Shown here piece by piece: positions 36,729 through 47,179 of a DNA stretch of 64,000 nucleotides; position 1 is the first letter of the stretch, and the number at the start of each line of letters is the position of its first letter. The DNA comes from Atopobiaceae bacterium. GTDB lineage: Bacteria; Actinomycetota; Coriobacteriia; Coriobacteriales; Atopobiaceae. The DNA is taken from positions 289 to 64,288 of the forward strand of contig JAUNEG010000012.1 of assembly GCA_030525685.1 (NCBI GenBank). Reading direction: 5' to 3'. Position numbers and translations under genes: made by a program. A model generated the notes under the pieces. That model did no database searches and was not told the origin of the DNA. It was given only the letters and a program-made list of their open reading frames with translations.

Positions 36729-37678
36729 GCATCCTTCATCTTGACGTCGAGGGCGTCACGCAGACCGTCGCCGAGCAGCGTGAAGGCGAGCACGGTGGAG
36801 AGGATCGCGAGACCCGGCATGATCATGAGCCAGGGGGCCGTCATGAGGTAGGCCTGGCCGTCCTGGATCATGATGCCCCAGGAGGGGTTGGGCGGCTGGA
36901 CGCCCATGCCGAGGAAGGAGATGGCCGCCTCGGACAGGATGGCGGAGCCGATGTTCATCGTCGCGTAGACGACGATGGACGCCACGGAGTTGGGGAAGAT
37001 GTGGCGGGCGATGATGCGCGCGTCGGAGGCGCCCATCGCGCGGGCCGCGTCGACGTAGTCGTTCTCCTTGACCGAGAGGATCGCGGAGCGGAAGACGCGC
37101 GCGATGCTCGGCCAGCCGAGGATGCCGATGGCCACGAACACGTTCGTGATGCTCTGTCCCAGGGCAGCGATCAGGCACAGGACGAAGAGCACGTACGGGA
37201 AGGCCAGGAAGATGTCGGCGGCGCGCATGATGATGGTGTCCCAGATGCCGCCGTAGTAGGCCGCGAGGGCGCCCATCACCAGGCCGATCGCCGTGGAGAT
37301 CGCGGTGGCGAGAAGACCGATCGTGAGCGAGATGCGGGCGCCGTAGATCACGCGGACGAGGATGTCGCGGCCGGTGACGTCGGTGCCGAAGGGGTGCTCG
37401 AGCGAGGGCGGCTGCAGCGACTGCGCGGCCATCTGCGTGGTGTCGGCCGCCGTCGGCGAGCCGAGGAGCTGCGGCGCCCAGAGGTCCGCCGTGATGGCGA
37501 CGAGGGCGACGAAGATGATCCAGACGGCCGCGATGATGGCGAGCTTGTTCTGGCGCAGACGCCTCCAGGCGTCACCCCAGAGCGTGCGCGAGGCGCCGCT
37601 GCCCTTGTCGTGCTCCTGGGCCACGGCCTCGGACGCGGCCTCCATGCCCAGCTTCTGAGTGGGGCTCGGATACAGCAT
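36725..37678 (-). CDS. oppC: Oligopeptide ABC permease
   Basis: HPFGTD, EAA-type loop AARAMGASD. Confidence 0.92.
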   Translation of the reverse strand: MLYPSPTQKLGMEAASEAVAQEHDKGSGASRTLWGDAWRRLRQNKLAIIAAVWIIFVALVAITADLWAPQLLGSPTAADTTQMAAQSLQPPSLEHPFGTDVTGRDILVRVIYGARISLTIGLLATAISTAIGLVMGALAAYYGGIWDTIIMRAADIFLAFPYVLFVLCLIAALGQSITNVFVAIGILGWPSIARVFRSAILSVKENDYVDAARAMGASDARIIARHIFPNSVASIVVYATMNIGSAILSEAAISFLGMGVQPPNPSWGIMIQDGQAYLMTAPWLMIMPGLAILSTVLAFTLLGDGLRDALDVKMKDA

Positions 37679-37689
37679 GCTCTCCCCTC

Positions 37690-38727
37690 CTAGTCTTCGC
37701 TCTTGCTGCTACCCAGCCTGATGCGAGGATCAAGGAAGGCATAGCTGATGTCGACGATCAGGTTGATGACCATGACGACCACGATGATGATCGTCACGCC
37801 GCCCATGACGAGCGGCCAGTCGCGCCCGGAGATCGCGCGGTAGATCTCGTAGCCGACGCCCGGCCAGTTGAAGACCGTCTCGGTGAGGATGGCGCCCGCC
37901 ATCATCGCGCCGAAGTCGATGCCGATGTAGGTGACGACGGGGATGAGGGCGTTCTTGAGGGCGTGGTGCACGATAACCGCGCGGTTGGAGAGGCCCTTGG
38001 CCTTGGCCGTGCGGATGTAGTCCTGGTTGAGGACGTCAAGCAGCTGCGAGCGCATGATGCGCGCGGTATAGGCCGTGGAGACCGCCGCGAGCGTGAACGC
38101 CGGCAGGATGTAGTGCATGAAGTCCTGGTACGGGGAGGTCGGACCGCCCGAGCCGGAGATGGGCATCGAGAAGGCGCCGCCCGTGATGTTCTTGAGCCAG
38201 ATGCCGAAGATCAGCTGCAGGATCATGCCGAGCCAGAACGCCGGGACGGCGACGAGCACCGAGGTCACGAGCGTCACCAGGACGTCCCAGAACGAGTAGC
38301 GCTTCACGGCCGAGATGAGACCGGCACCGATGCCCATGACCGCCTCCAGGCAGATGGCGCAGGCGGCAAGGCGGATCGTGTAGGGGTACTTCTCGGCGAA
38401 GATGTCCGTGACCGGGCGATTCTTGGAGTAGGAGCTGCCCAGGTCGCCATGGAGAAGATCGTCCATGTAGCGGATGTACTGCTCCCAGATGGGGACGGGA
38501 ATGGTCTCGCCGTTCTCGTCGTAGATCGGCTGGCCGTTCTCGTCGCCGTAGATCATGTTGTTCTGCACCTCGAGCCGAAGACGCGTCTGCTCGGGCACAG
38601 CACGGCCACCGGTGATCATCGAGATCGGGTCACCGGGCACGATTGCCTTCATGGCGAACAGAATGATCGTCACGCCGATGAAGACAGGGATGAATTGAAG
38701 CATGCGCTTCAATATGTACTTCCCCAT
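37690..38727 (-). CDS. oppB: Oligopeptide ABC permease
   Basis: PGDP, YIRTAKAKGL, ETVFNWPG. Confidence 0.92.
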   Translation of the reverse strand: MGKYILKRMLQFIPVFIGVTIILFAMKAIVPGDPISMITGGRAVPEQTRLRLEVQNNMIYGDENGQPIYDENGETIPVPIWEQYIRYMDDLLHGDLGSSYSKNRPVTDIFAEKYPYTIRLAACAICLEAVMGIGAGLISAVKRYSFWDVLVTLVTSVLVAVPAFWLGMILQLIFGIWLKNITGGAFSMPISGSGGPTSPYQDFMHYILPAFTLAAVSTAYTARIMRSQLLDVLNQDYIRTAKAKGLSNRAVIVHHALKNALIPVVTYIGIDFGAMMAGAILTETVFNWPGVGYEIYRAISGRDWPLVMGGVTIIIVVVMVINLIVDISYAFLDPRIRLGSSKSED

Positions 38728-38839
38728 AGACTTCTCCCTGCTACCTGTTCCATCAAAAGGCGGGCGCCCATCCACGAGGACGGGCGCCCTGCACAGACAT
38801 AATCGAAATTATATCTTTAGAAGCCCTTGTCCACCAAAG

Positions 38840-40525
38840 CTACTCAGCGCTGACGAGCTGGGCCTTGGCGAGGTCGGGCTTCTTCTGCGGGTCGAGGTAC
38901 AGGGTGGCCACGTTGGGGCCGCCGACGCAGGTGTGCGTGTAGAACATCAGCGGGATGACCGGCATGTCCTCGCCGATCTCCTTGTTGACGGCCTGGAGGG
39001 CGGCCTTGCGCTCGGCGTCGTCAACGGTGGAGCGGGCGGCCATGAGCTTCTCGTCGACATCCGGGTTGCTGTAGCCGGCGCGGTTGTCGCCGTTGCCGGT
39101 GTAGAACAGCGGGAACAGGAAGTTGTCCATAATCGGGTAGTCGGCGACCCAGCCCAGACGGCCGAACTGGTACTCGAGCTTCTGGTAGCGGTTGAGGACC
39201 GTGGCCCAGTCGGGGGTGTCGGCGACGCAGGAGATGCCCACGGCAGCGAGGTCGGAGATGACGGAGTCCATGACCTCCTTGTGGCCGCCGTCCTGGTTAG
39301 AGGTGATCTCGAGCTCGAGGCCGCGGTTGCCGTCGGCGTCAGCGGGGTAGTACTCGTCGAGGATCGCCTTGGCGGCGTCGACGTCGTACTTGGCGTACTG
39401 CCACGCGCCCTCCTCGTAGCCGTCGATTCCGGGCGGGACGATGTTGTCAGCCGGGGTACGGGAGCCGTTGAAGAGCGTGTCGCAGATGGCCTGGCGGTTG
39501 ATGGCCATGGACACGGCGTGACGCAGGTTCACGTCGGCGAACGGGCCGTCAGCGACGTTGCAGGTCAGGTAGTACGTGGAGGGCTCGGTGCCGTTGAGGA
39601 ACTGGTGGCCCGGGGTGATGGTGTAGCCGTCCTCGGAGGTGCCGTAGGTCTCGGCGGCGGAGGCGAGGGAGGCGACGGGGATGTCGCAGACGTCGAGGTT
39701 GCCGGCCTGGAACTCCTTGTAGGCGGTCTCCACGTCCTTCTGGATCATGAAGTTGACGCCGTCGAGGATGGCGGGCTCGCCGTAGTAGTCGTCAAAGCGG
39801 ACGACGTTGATGTACTGGCCGTCGACCCACTCGCCGTCCATCTTGAAGGGGCCGTTGCCCACGGGGGCGAGACCGAACTTGACCTGCTCCATCTCCTTGG
39901 CGGAGTCGGGGATGGGCGCCAGGGCCGGGTGAGAGGCGACGTAGGGGAAGTCGGCGTAGCTGTAGGAGAGCTTGACGACGAGGGTGCTGTCGTCGGGGCA
40001 GGTGATGCCCGTCATCTCCTCGGCCTCGCCGGCGGCGAGGGCGTCATAGCCGTCGACCATGGCGAGGTGGTAGCCGATGACCGAGGGGTTCTCGGGGTTG
40101 GTGGCGGGGTTGACGATGCGCTCCCAGCCGTACTTCCAGTTGGCAGCCTTGACGTCGGTGCCGTCGTGGAACTTGGCGGCCTTCAGGTGGAAGGTGAACT
40201 CGGTGGCGTCGTCGTTGACGTCATAGCTCTCGCAGGCGAGGCACTCGAGCTTGCCCTCCTGGAAGTTGTACTGGGTCAGCGAGTCGAAGAGCTGGAAGCC
40301 GACCTTGGTGCCCTGATCCTCCTGCAGGTTGAAGGGATCGATGCAGTACGGGTTGTTGATGTAGTAGCGAAGGGTGCCGCCGGTGGCAGCGGTGGTCTCG
40401 TCGTCAGTGGCAGCCTCGCCGCCGCCCTTCTGGCCGCAGCCGGCGAGCACGGCGAGCGCGCTGGCGGCGAGACCGCCCTTCACGAACGAACGACGAGTGA
40501 CACCACCCATCTTCTCCTGAGCCAT
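38840..40525 (-). CDS. oppA: Oligopeptide-binding lipoprotein with twin-arginine signal
   Basis: TRRSFV, LAGC lipobox, family-5 solute-binding motifs. Confidence 0.9.
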   Translation of the reverse strand: MAQEKMGGVTRRSFVKGGLAASALAVLAGCGQKGGGEAATDDETTAATGGTLRYYINNPYCIDPFNLQEDQGTKVGFQLFDSLTQYNFQEGKLECLACESYDVNDDATEFTFHLKAAKFHDGTDVKAANWKYGWERIVNPATNPENPSVIGYHLAMVDGYDALAAGEAEEMTGITCPDDSTLVVKLSYSYADFPYVASHPALAPIPDSAKEMEQVKFGLAPVGNGPFKMDGEWVDGQYINVVRFDDYYGEPAILDGVNFMIQKDVETAYKEFQAGNLDVCDIPVASLASAAETYGTSEDGYTITPGHQFLNGTEPSTYYLTCNVADGPFADVNLRHAVSMAINRQAICDTLFNGSRTPADNIVPPGIDGYEEGAWQYAKYDVDAAKAILDEYYPADADGNRGLELEITSNQDGGHKEVMDSVISDLAAVGISCVADTPDWATVLNRYQKLEYQFGRLGWVADYPIMDNFLFPLFYTGNGDNRAGYSNPDVDEKLMAARSTVDDAERKAALQAVNKEIGEDMPVIPLMFYTHTCVGGPNVATLYLDPQKKPDLAKAQLVSAE

Positions 40526-40736
40526 ACTGTTTCCTCCTCCTATGAACGAGGCGGGCAAGCTTTTTGCCCCGTCCCTCGGTCCGTGACAGGGGTTTCTACT
40601 GCCCCTATCTTGACGGGTCGCTACTTTACTCCAAAAAAGCGTGAGAGTTCCGTCCCGACACGCATCTGAAACCTTTGCGCCCCCGGGCGCCGCGTGAGCG
40701 GTACCCGGGGGCGCGGCGGTTCGTTGTCCTCTCGCC

Positions 40737-40988
40737 CTAGCCGAGCGTGCCGGTGGGGAACGTCAGGGCCATGACGACCACGCACAGGACGAAGACCGCC
40801 GTGGTGATCACGGTGAGGCGGTTGAGGTTCTTCTCGAGCACGCCCGAGCCGGTGCCGGAGTTGTAGAGCGAGGACGCGATCATCTCCGAGACGCCGGTGC
40901 CCTTGCCGGAGTGCATGAGCACGAGGATCACGGTAAGCGCACCGGAGAGGAACAGCAGGACGGTGAGGATGACGTTGAGCGGGTTCAC
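40737..40988 (-). CDS. secG: Preprotein translocase SecG
   Basis: VLMHSGKGTG...EKNLNRLT. Confidence 0.9.
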   Translation of the reverse strand: MNPLNVILTVLLFLSGALTVILVLMHSGKGTGVSEMIASSLYNSGTGSGVLEKNLNRLTVITTAVFVLCVVVMALTFPTGTLG

Positions 40989-41122
40989 TGAGGCTCCTTC
41001 AGGACAGATTCATAGCAGCTGGTAATGATAGCACAGATTCTGGGGCGTACGTCCTTCTCGCCGCTCCTCCACGTTCTTCTCGGCCCCTCCGCCTCCGCCC
41101 AAAGGGGCGCCGGGAGAGGGCC

Positions 41123-41359
41123 GTGTCCCAAAATCGGCGAGGTTCTCCGCAAACGACCTGCGTGCGTCCCGGAATTGGCGACCTTCTACACGGGCGAGAA
41201 GAACCCGTCCGAGAATCACGGGGTTTCTCGCCCCACCGTCCCGGAATCGGTGGGGTTCCCGCTCCGCAGCAAGGCCCAGACCCAGACTGGGCGGGGAACG
41301 TCGCCGATTTCTAGACGCGCCCCCTGCTTTCGCGGGGAACATCGCCGTTTCCCGGACAC
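41123..41359. repeat. Intergenic element family B, copy 2
   Basis: Motif forward at 41123, 41164, 41205, 41236 and reverse at 41296, 41337. Confidence 0.8.
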
Positions 41360-41435
41360 GCCTTCGTCGCACAGGCCCAACAGAAAAGGGGCCCGGACGA
41401 CTCCGGGCCCCTGCCTCAACGCGTGTCGAGAAGAA

Positions 41436-42203
41436 CTACGCCATGGCACTCTTGACCATGGCCGCGAAGCTCTCGGCCACGAGGGAGGCGCCGCCGACGA
41501 GCGCGCCGTCGACGTCCTCCTTCTCGAGGAAGCCCGCGATGTTCTCGGGCTTGGCGGAGCCGCCGTAGAGGACGCGGATGCCGGAGGCGGTCTCCTCGCC
41601 GAAGACCTCGACGAGGGTGGCGCGGATGGCGCCGCAGACCTCCTGGGCGTCGTCGGCCGTGGCGGTCTTGCCGGTGCCGATGGCCCAGATGGGCTCGTAG
41701 GCGATCACGTACTTGGAGGGGTCGGTGATCTCGAGGCCCTCGGTGTCCCTCTTGATCTGGTCGACGACGAACTCGACGTGCTCGCCGGCCTCGCGGACCT
41801 CGAGGGACTCGCCGCAGCAGGAGATCGGCACGATGCCGTGAGCCATGAGGGCCTTGGCCTTCTTGTTCACGTCCTCGTCGGTCTCGCCGAAGTAGTCGCG
41901 GCGCTCGGAGTGGCCGATGACGCAGTGGGTTGCGCCCACGGCCTCGAGCATGTTGGGAGCGGTCTCGCCGGTGTAGGCGCCGGACTCCTCCCAGTAGACG
42001 TTCTGGGCGCCGAGTGCGAACGGCGCGCTCGTCTGCTCGATGACCTCGGAGACGCCCTTGAGGTCGACGGCGGGCGGGCAGACGACGACGTCGACGTCGC
42101 CGGTGCCGTCCTTGAGCTCGTCGGCAAGGCCCTGGGCGAGGACGACGCCCTCGCTGTAGGTCTTGTTCATCTTCCAGTTGCCAGCAATCATCCTCTTACG
42201 CAT
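41436..42203 (-). CDS. tpiA: Triosephosphate isomerase
   Basis: AGNWKMN, GHSERR, AYEPIWAIGTG. Confidence 0.97.
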   Translation of the reverse strand: MRKRMIAGNWKMNKTYSEGVVLAQGLADELKDGTGDVDVVVCPPAVDLKGVSEVIEQTSAPFALGAQNVYWEESGAYTGETAPNMLEAVGATHCVIGHSERRDYFGETDEDVNKKAKALMAHGIVPISCCGESLEVREAGEHVEFVVDQIKRDTEGLEITDPSKYVIAYEPIWAIGTGKTATADDAQEVCGAIRATLVEVFGEETASGIRVLYGGSAKPENIAGFLEKEDVDGALVGGASLVAESFAAMVKSAMA

Positions 42204-43386
42204 CGAGAAGCGCCTCCACTCCAGGAAGGGCCTTGCCCTCGACGAGCTCCATGGAAGCGCCACCGCCGGTGGAGATCCAGCTCATCTTGTCGGCCAGGCC
42301 GAACTTGTTGATTGCCGCGACGGAGTCGCCGCCGCCGATGATCGAGGTGCAGTCGGAGTCCGCGATGGCGCGGGCGACGGCCTCGGTGCCGTGGGCGAAG
42401 TTGTCGAACTCGAAGACGCCCATCGGGCCGTTCCAGAAGACGGTCTTGGCGGCCTTGACGGCGTCAGCGTAGAGCTTCTCGGTCTCGGGGCCGATGTCCA
42501 TGCCCTCGCGGTCGTCGGGGATGGAGTCGGAGGCGACGACCTCCGGCACGGCGTCCTCGCCGAAGTGGTCGGCGACGCGGTTGTCGATCGGGAGGAGGAT
42601 CTTGACGCCCTTCTCCTCGGCCTTCTTCAGCATCTCGCCGGCGCGCTCGACCCAGTCCTCCTCCTTGAGGGAGAGGCCGACGCTCATGCCCTGGGCGAGG
42701 AAGAAGGTGTAGGCCATGCCGCCGCCGATGATCAGGGTGTCGGCGGAGTCGATCAGGTGATCGAGGACGCCGATCTTGGAGGACACCTTGGAGCCGCCGA
42801 CGATGGCGACGAAGGGACGCTCGGGCTCGGCGAAGATCGAGGTCAGGGTGTCGACCTCCTTCTCGAGCAGGAAGCCGGCGTAGGCGGGCAGGTAGGCGGC
42901 GGGGCCCACGACGGAGCCCTGGGCGCGGTGCGCGGTGCCGAAGGCGTCGAGCACGAAGATGTCGCCGTAGGAGGCGAGGGTCTTCGCGATCTCGGGGTCG
43001 TTCTTCTTCTCGCGCTTGTCGAAGCGGACGTTCTCGAGGACGAGGATCTCGCCGTCCTGGAGCGCGTCGACGGCGGCCTTGGCCTTCTCGCCGTAGGTGT
43101 CGTCGACGAACTTCACGTCATAGCCGGTGAGCTCGGCGAGCTTGTCGGCAGCCGGCTTGAGGGAGAACTGGGGCTCGGGACCGTCGCCCTTGGGGCGGCC
43201 GAGGTGGCTCATGAGGATGATCTTGGCGCCCTTGTCCTTGAGGTACTCGATCGTGGGGATGGCGGCGCGGACGCGGGTGTCGTCCGTGACGACGCCGTCC
43301 TTCAGGGGGACGTTGAAGTCCACGCGCATGAGGACGCGCTTGCCCGCAACGTCGGCGTCGCGGACGGTCTTCTTGGTGAAGGCCAT
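42196..43386 (-). CDS. pgk: Phosphoglycerate kinase
   Basis: RVDFNVP, SHLGRP, WNGPMGVFE, STGGGAS. Confidence 0.97.
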   Translation of the reverse strand: MAFTKKTVRDADVAGKRVLMRVDFNVPLKDGVVTDDTRVRAAIPTIEYLKDKGAKIILMSHLGRPKGDGPEPQFSLKPAADKLAELTGYDVKFVDDTYGEKAKAAVDALQDGEILVLENVRFDKREKKNDPEIAKTLASYGDIFVLDAFGTAHRAQGSVVGPAAYLPAYAGFLLEKEVDTLTSIFAEPERPFVAIVGGSKVSSKIGVLDHLIDSADTLIIGGGMAYTFFLAQGMSVGLSLKEEDWVERAGEMLKKAEEKGVKILLPIDNRVADHFGEDAVPEVVASDSIPDDREGMDIGPETEKLYADAVKAAKTVFWNGPMGVFEFDNFAHGTEAVARAIADSDCTSIIGGGDSVAAINKFGLADKMSWISTGGGASMELVEGKALPGVEALLDA

Positions 43387-43481
43387 GGTTTGCTCCTTTG
43401 ACGGGTTCCTGCGAAAAGGGGGTGCGGCCGCGGCCCTGTGAGCTGCGACCGCACCCCTGCGAAGCTGATGCGAAGCGAGAG

Positions 43482-44507
43482 CTACGCGACGAACTTCTCG
43501 AAGTACTTGATGGTGCGGACCATCTGGGAGGTGTAGGAGTTCTCGTTGTCGTACCAGGAGACGACCTGGACGAGGGTCTGGCCGTTGCCGAGGTCAGAGC
43601 ACATGGTCTGGGTGGCGTCGAAGATGGAGCCGTGGGTCTCGCCGATGATGTCGCGGGAGACGATCTCGTCGGTGACGTAGCCGAAGGTCTCGGGGATGGT
43701 CTCGGCGTAGGCCTTCATGGCAGCGTTGACCTCGTCCTTGGTGACGACCTTGTCAACCACGGCGTAGAGGTTGGTGAGGGAGCCGGTGGGCGTCGGGACA
43801 CGCTGGGCGGCACCGATCAGCTTGCCGTTGAGCTCCGGGAGGACCAGGCCGATGGCCTTGGCGGCGCCGGTGGAGTTGGGGACGATGTTCTCGGAGGCCG
43901 CGCGGGAGCGACGCTTGTCACCCTTGCGCTGCGGGCCGTCGAGGGTCATCTGGTCGCCGGTGAAGGCGTGGATGGTGGTCATGATGCCGGAGACGATGGG
44001 GGCGAAGTCGTTCAGGCCCTTGGCCATCGGGGCGAGGCAGTTGGTGGTGCAGGAGGCCGCGGAGATGATGTTGTCATCGGCGGTCAGCGCCTCGTGGTTG
44101 ACGTTGTAGACGATCGTGGGGAGGTCGTTGCCCGCGGGGGCGGAGATGACGACCTTCTTGGCGCCGGCGTCGATGTGAGCCTGGGCCTTGGCCTTGGAGG
44201 TGTAGAAGCCGGTGCACTCGAGGACGACGTCGACGTCGAGCTCGCCCCAGGGCAGGTCGGCGGCGTTGGCCTCCTTGTAGATCTTGATCTCCTTGCCGTC
44301 GACGACGATGGCGTCCTCGGTGGAGGTGACCTCGTGGTCGCGGCCGTAGTTGCCCTGCGTGGAGTCATACTTCAGGAGGTACGCGAGCATGTCGGGGGAG
44401 GTGAGGTCGTTGATGGCGACGATCTCGGAGCCCTCGTGACCGAACATCTGACGGAAAGCCAGACGGCCGATGCGACCAAAGCCGTTGATTGCAACCTTAA
44501 CTGCCAT
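43482..44507 (-). CDS. gap: Glyceraldehyde-3-phosphate dehydrogenase
   Basis: [22 protein letters not shown]. Confidence 0.97.
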   Translation of the reverse strand: MAVKVAINGFGRIGRLAFRQMFGHEGSEIVAINDLTSPDMLAYLLKYDSTQGNYGRDHEVTSTEDAIVVDGKEIKIYKEANAADLPWGELDVDVVLECTGFYTSKAKAQAHIDAGAKKVVISAPAGNDLPTIVYNVNHEALTADDNIISAASCTTNCLAPMAKGLNDFAPIVSGIMTTIHAFTGDQMTLDGPQRKGDKRRSRAASENIVPNSTGAAKAIGLVLPELNGKLIGAAQRVPTPTGSLTNLYAVVDKVVTKDEVNAAMKAYAETIPETFGYVTDEIVSRDIIGETHGSIFDATQTMCSDLGNGQTLVQVVSWYDNENSYTSQMVRTIKYFEKFVA

Positions 44508-44813
44508 GCTTTCTCCTTTCACGGTGTCGCCAAGGACCTCCCTCGACGACCCAAAGCATTCGGGCAGGATGCCCTAACCATCCGATAGTGTACCCCACGC
44601 GCGGGCGCGTGGGCGGCTTAATCTGAATGCGGAGGCATTTCGGCCGCAGGCGCCCCGTTTTCCGCCGTCGACGCAAGAATGTTCCCATAGCGCGTGCCAA
44701 GGGAAGAGGGCCCGACTGCGGCGCCGCGGGCGTCACCGACCTTGCGAAAGGCAGCGAAAACGGGCCCGAAAACGTTACCGGCCGCACGGCGGGGCAGGCA
44801 GACGAGAGGGGCG

Positions 44814-45770
44814 TCAGGGCCGCTCGTCCTTCTCGGCGTCGCCCTCCGCCTCGTCCACGAGGGCCTGGAGGCGCAGGAAGCGGTGGTACATGGCCGACTT
44901 TGAGGCGGGCGGGTCGAGCATCTCCCCCAGGGCGGCGAGGCTGAGCTCGGGGTGCGCGCGGCGGGCGCGGCAGAAGTCGCGCAGCGCCGGCGGCAGCGAG
45001 GGGAGCCCCAGGAGCCGCTCGGCGCGCTCGATGAGCTCGAGCTGCTCGGCGGCGGCGCCCGTGGAGCGGGCCTGGTTCGCCATCTCGGCGTTCACGCGAC
45101 GGTTGACGTCGTTCTTGACGGACTTCTTGGCGCGCGCCACCTCGACGAAGCGCGCCATGCGCCGCGCTCCCATCGCCCGCAGGAGCGCGCTCACGTCGTC
45201 GTAGCTCTTGAGGTAGATCGCGAAGGCACCGCGGCGCCGGTTGAGACGCGCCGAGGCGCCGAGTGCGCCGACGAGGCGCGCCAGGTCGGCGGCATAGTCC
45301 TCCCCCGTCACGGCTATCTCCAGGTGGAACTCGCCGCGCGGGTCGGCGATGAAGCCTCCCGCCATGAAGGCCCCGCGCACGTAGGCGGCGCGAGCCTCGG
45401 GCGAGGACACGAGCGTGGCGGGCACGCCGGGCGTGAGGCCGCGGCCCGGTGTCAGGATCCCCATGCGCACCAGGTCCGCGTCCAGGCCCTCCTGGACCGG
45501 CATCTCGATCAGGTAGTTGCGCGTCTTGTGCAGCACGGAGCGGCGCACCGTGAGCGAGGTCTCCAGGTCGAAGAGCTTGTGCGTGAGCTTGATCACCGTG
45601 CGCGCCACGGCGCCCGTCTCCGTTGCCACGCGGATCGAGTAGCGCCCCGAGCCGTGGAACGAGAGCGTCCCGCAGATGCGCACGAGCGCGGAGAGCTGCG
45701 CCAGCTCGGCCGCGCGCGCGGGCGCCTCGACGCGGGAGAGCTCGTCTTTGACCTCGGCGGTGAACGACAT
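44814..45770 (-). CDS. whiA: WhiA DNA-binding protein
   Basis: MSFTAEVKDEL, RGAFMAGG, NRRVNAEMAN, SKSAMYHR. Confidence 0.92.
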   Translation of the reverse strand: MSFTAEVKDELSRVEAPARAAELAQLSALVRICGTLSFHGSGRYSIRVATETGAVARTVIKLTHKLFDLETSLTVRRSVLHKTRNYLIEMPVQEGLDADLVRMGILTPGRGLTPGVPATLVSSPEARAAYVRGAFMAGGFIADPRGEFHLEIAVTGEDYAADLARLVGALGASARLNRRRGAFAIYLKSYDDVSALLRAMGARRMARFVEVARAKKSVKNDVNRRVNAEMANQARSTGAAAEQLELIERAERLLGLPSLPPALRDFCRARRAHPELSLAALGEMLDPPASKSAMYHRFLRLQALVDEAEGDAEKDERP

Positions 45771-45777
45771 GGCGCCC

Positions 45778-46704
45778 CTAGCTCGTCCGGGCGTTGGCGA
45801 GGGCCAGGTCGCGGTGCGAGATGCTCACGTGGTAGCCGCTCTTCTCGAGGTAGGCGGCCGTGGCCTCGGCGATGGCGACGCTGCGGTGCTGGCCGCCCGT
45901 GCAGCCCACCGCGATGGCAAGGTGGCTCTTGCCCTCGGCGACGTAGCCCGGCATCGCGACGTCGAGCAGCTGCTGCCAGGCGTCCATGAACCGCTCGGTG
46001 GTGGGGTTCCCCAACACGAAGTCGGCGACGAGCCGGTCCTTGCCGGTGAGCGTGCGCATCACCGGGTCGTAGAAGGGGTTGGGCAGGAAGCGAACGTCGA
46101 TCATGAGGTCGGCCTCGACCGGCATGCCGTGCTTGAAGCCAAAGGAGAAGACCGACACCTCCATGAGCTGCCGGTCCGTGAGCTCGGAGAAGGTGCGGCG
46201 CAGGCGGGTGCGCAGGTCGCGCGGGCGCAGCTGGCTCGTGTCTATGACGAGGTCGGCGGCGTTGCGGACGGCCGCGAGCTGCGCGCGCTCGCGGGAGATC
46301 GCGTGCGAGACGCTCTCCCCGGGGGCGGCCAGCGGGTGGCGCCGGCGGTTCTCGTCATAGCGGCGCATGAGGACGTCGTCGGAGGTGTCGAGGAACACCA
46401 CGCTGCAGGTCATCTCGTGCTCGCGCAGCCGCGTGACCGACTCCGCGAACTCGTCGAAGAGGCCCTGGCTGCGCAGGTCGCACGTCACGGCGAGGTGGCG
46501 CCCCACCCCCGAGTTGATGCCCACGAGCTCCGCGAGCTGCAGAAGCAAGCGCGGCGGGAGGTTGTCGATGCAGTAGTAGCCCATGTCCTCGAAGACATGG
46601 AGGGCCTGCGTGCGGCCGGAGCCGCTCATGCCCGTGATCACCACGACGTCGGGCACGCGCGCGGCACCCTCCGCGGCGCGCATCTGCTGGCCGGCATCGC
46701 TCAT
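45778..46704 (-). CDS. rapZ: RapZ/YvcJ P-loop protein
   Basis: TGMSGSGRT, DNLPP, DVRFLPNP, GCTGGQHRS. Confidence 0.92.
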   Translation of the reverse strand: MSDAGQQMRAAEGAARVPDVVVITGMSGSGRTQALHVFEDMGYYCIDNLPPRLLLQLAELVGINSGVGRHLAVTCDLRSQGLFDEFAESVTRLREHEMTCSVVFLDTSDDVLMRRYDENRRRHPLAAPGESVSHAISRERAQLAAVRNAADLVIDTSQLRPRDLRTRLRRTFSELTDRQLMEVSVFSFGFKHGMPVEADLMIDVRFLPNPFYDPVMRTLTGKDRLVADFVLGNPTTERFMDAWQQLLDVAMPGYVAEGKSHLAIAVGCTGGQHRSVAIAEATAAYLEKSGYHVSISHRDLALANARTS

Positions 46705-46757
46705 GGGTCTCCCTTCTCGCTGGGACCCAGTATAGCCGCCCGGCGGCGGCGCGGGAC

Positions 46758-46994
46758 GCTTACGAATCCGGGGTAGTTGCAGGGCGCACGGCGATTTCCG
46801 CTTACGTTTTCGGGGTAGTTGTACCTCTCGGCGCGCCATGCGGCGGCGAGAAGGACCGTCGACTTTTCGCCAACAGGCCTTTTGTCGGCGAGAAGTTCTT
46901 CTCGCCGTGGGTCGGGCGTTCGTGCTTACAACTACTCCGGATTCGTAAGCACGAAATCTGCGCCGCCCTGCAACTACCCCGGATTCGTAAGCAG
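46758..46994. repeat. Intergenic element family A, copy 2
   Basis: Motif reverse at 46758 and 46800, forward at 46927 and 46969; palindrome CGGCGAGAAG-TT-CTTCTCGCCG at 46886-46907. Confidence 0.85.
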
Positions 46995-47000
46995 CGGCGC

Positions 47001-47099
47001 CTACTCCCCCATCACGACCGCGTTCTTGCGCGCGCGGTACTCGGCAGGCACGTCTCCGCAGGTGAGAATCATGGCGTCGTCGAAGGCGGCGTAGCTCAC
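47001..47099 (-). other. 32-codon ORF, possibly a gene remnant
   Basis: MSYAAFDDAMILTCGDVPAEYRARKNAVVMGE; host-like codons; weak resemblance to a metallophosphoesterase CGD motif. Confidence 0.3.
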
Positions 47100-47179
47100 G
47101 CGGCGCCCGTCGCCCCCTTGAGCTCGCCCCGCCGCGCGACGGCGGACGCGATCTGCGCAAGCCGCTCCTCGACGAGCGC

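Noticed and set aside
42196-42263. Programmed pgk-tpiA frameshift fusion as in Thermotoga
   Set aside because: The 8-nt overlap has an RBS-like GGAGG and no slippery run; ordinary translational coupling explains it.
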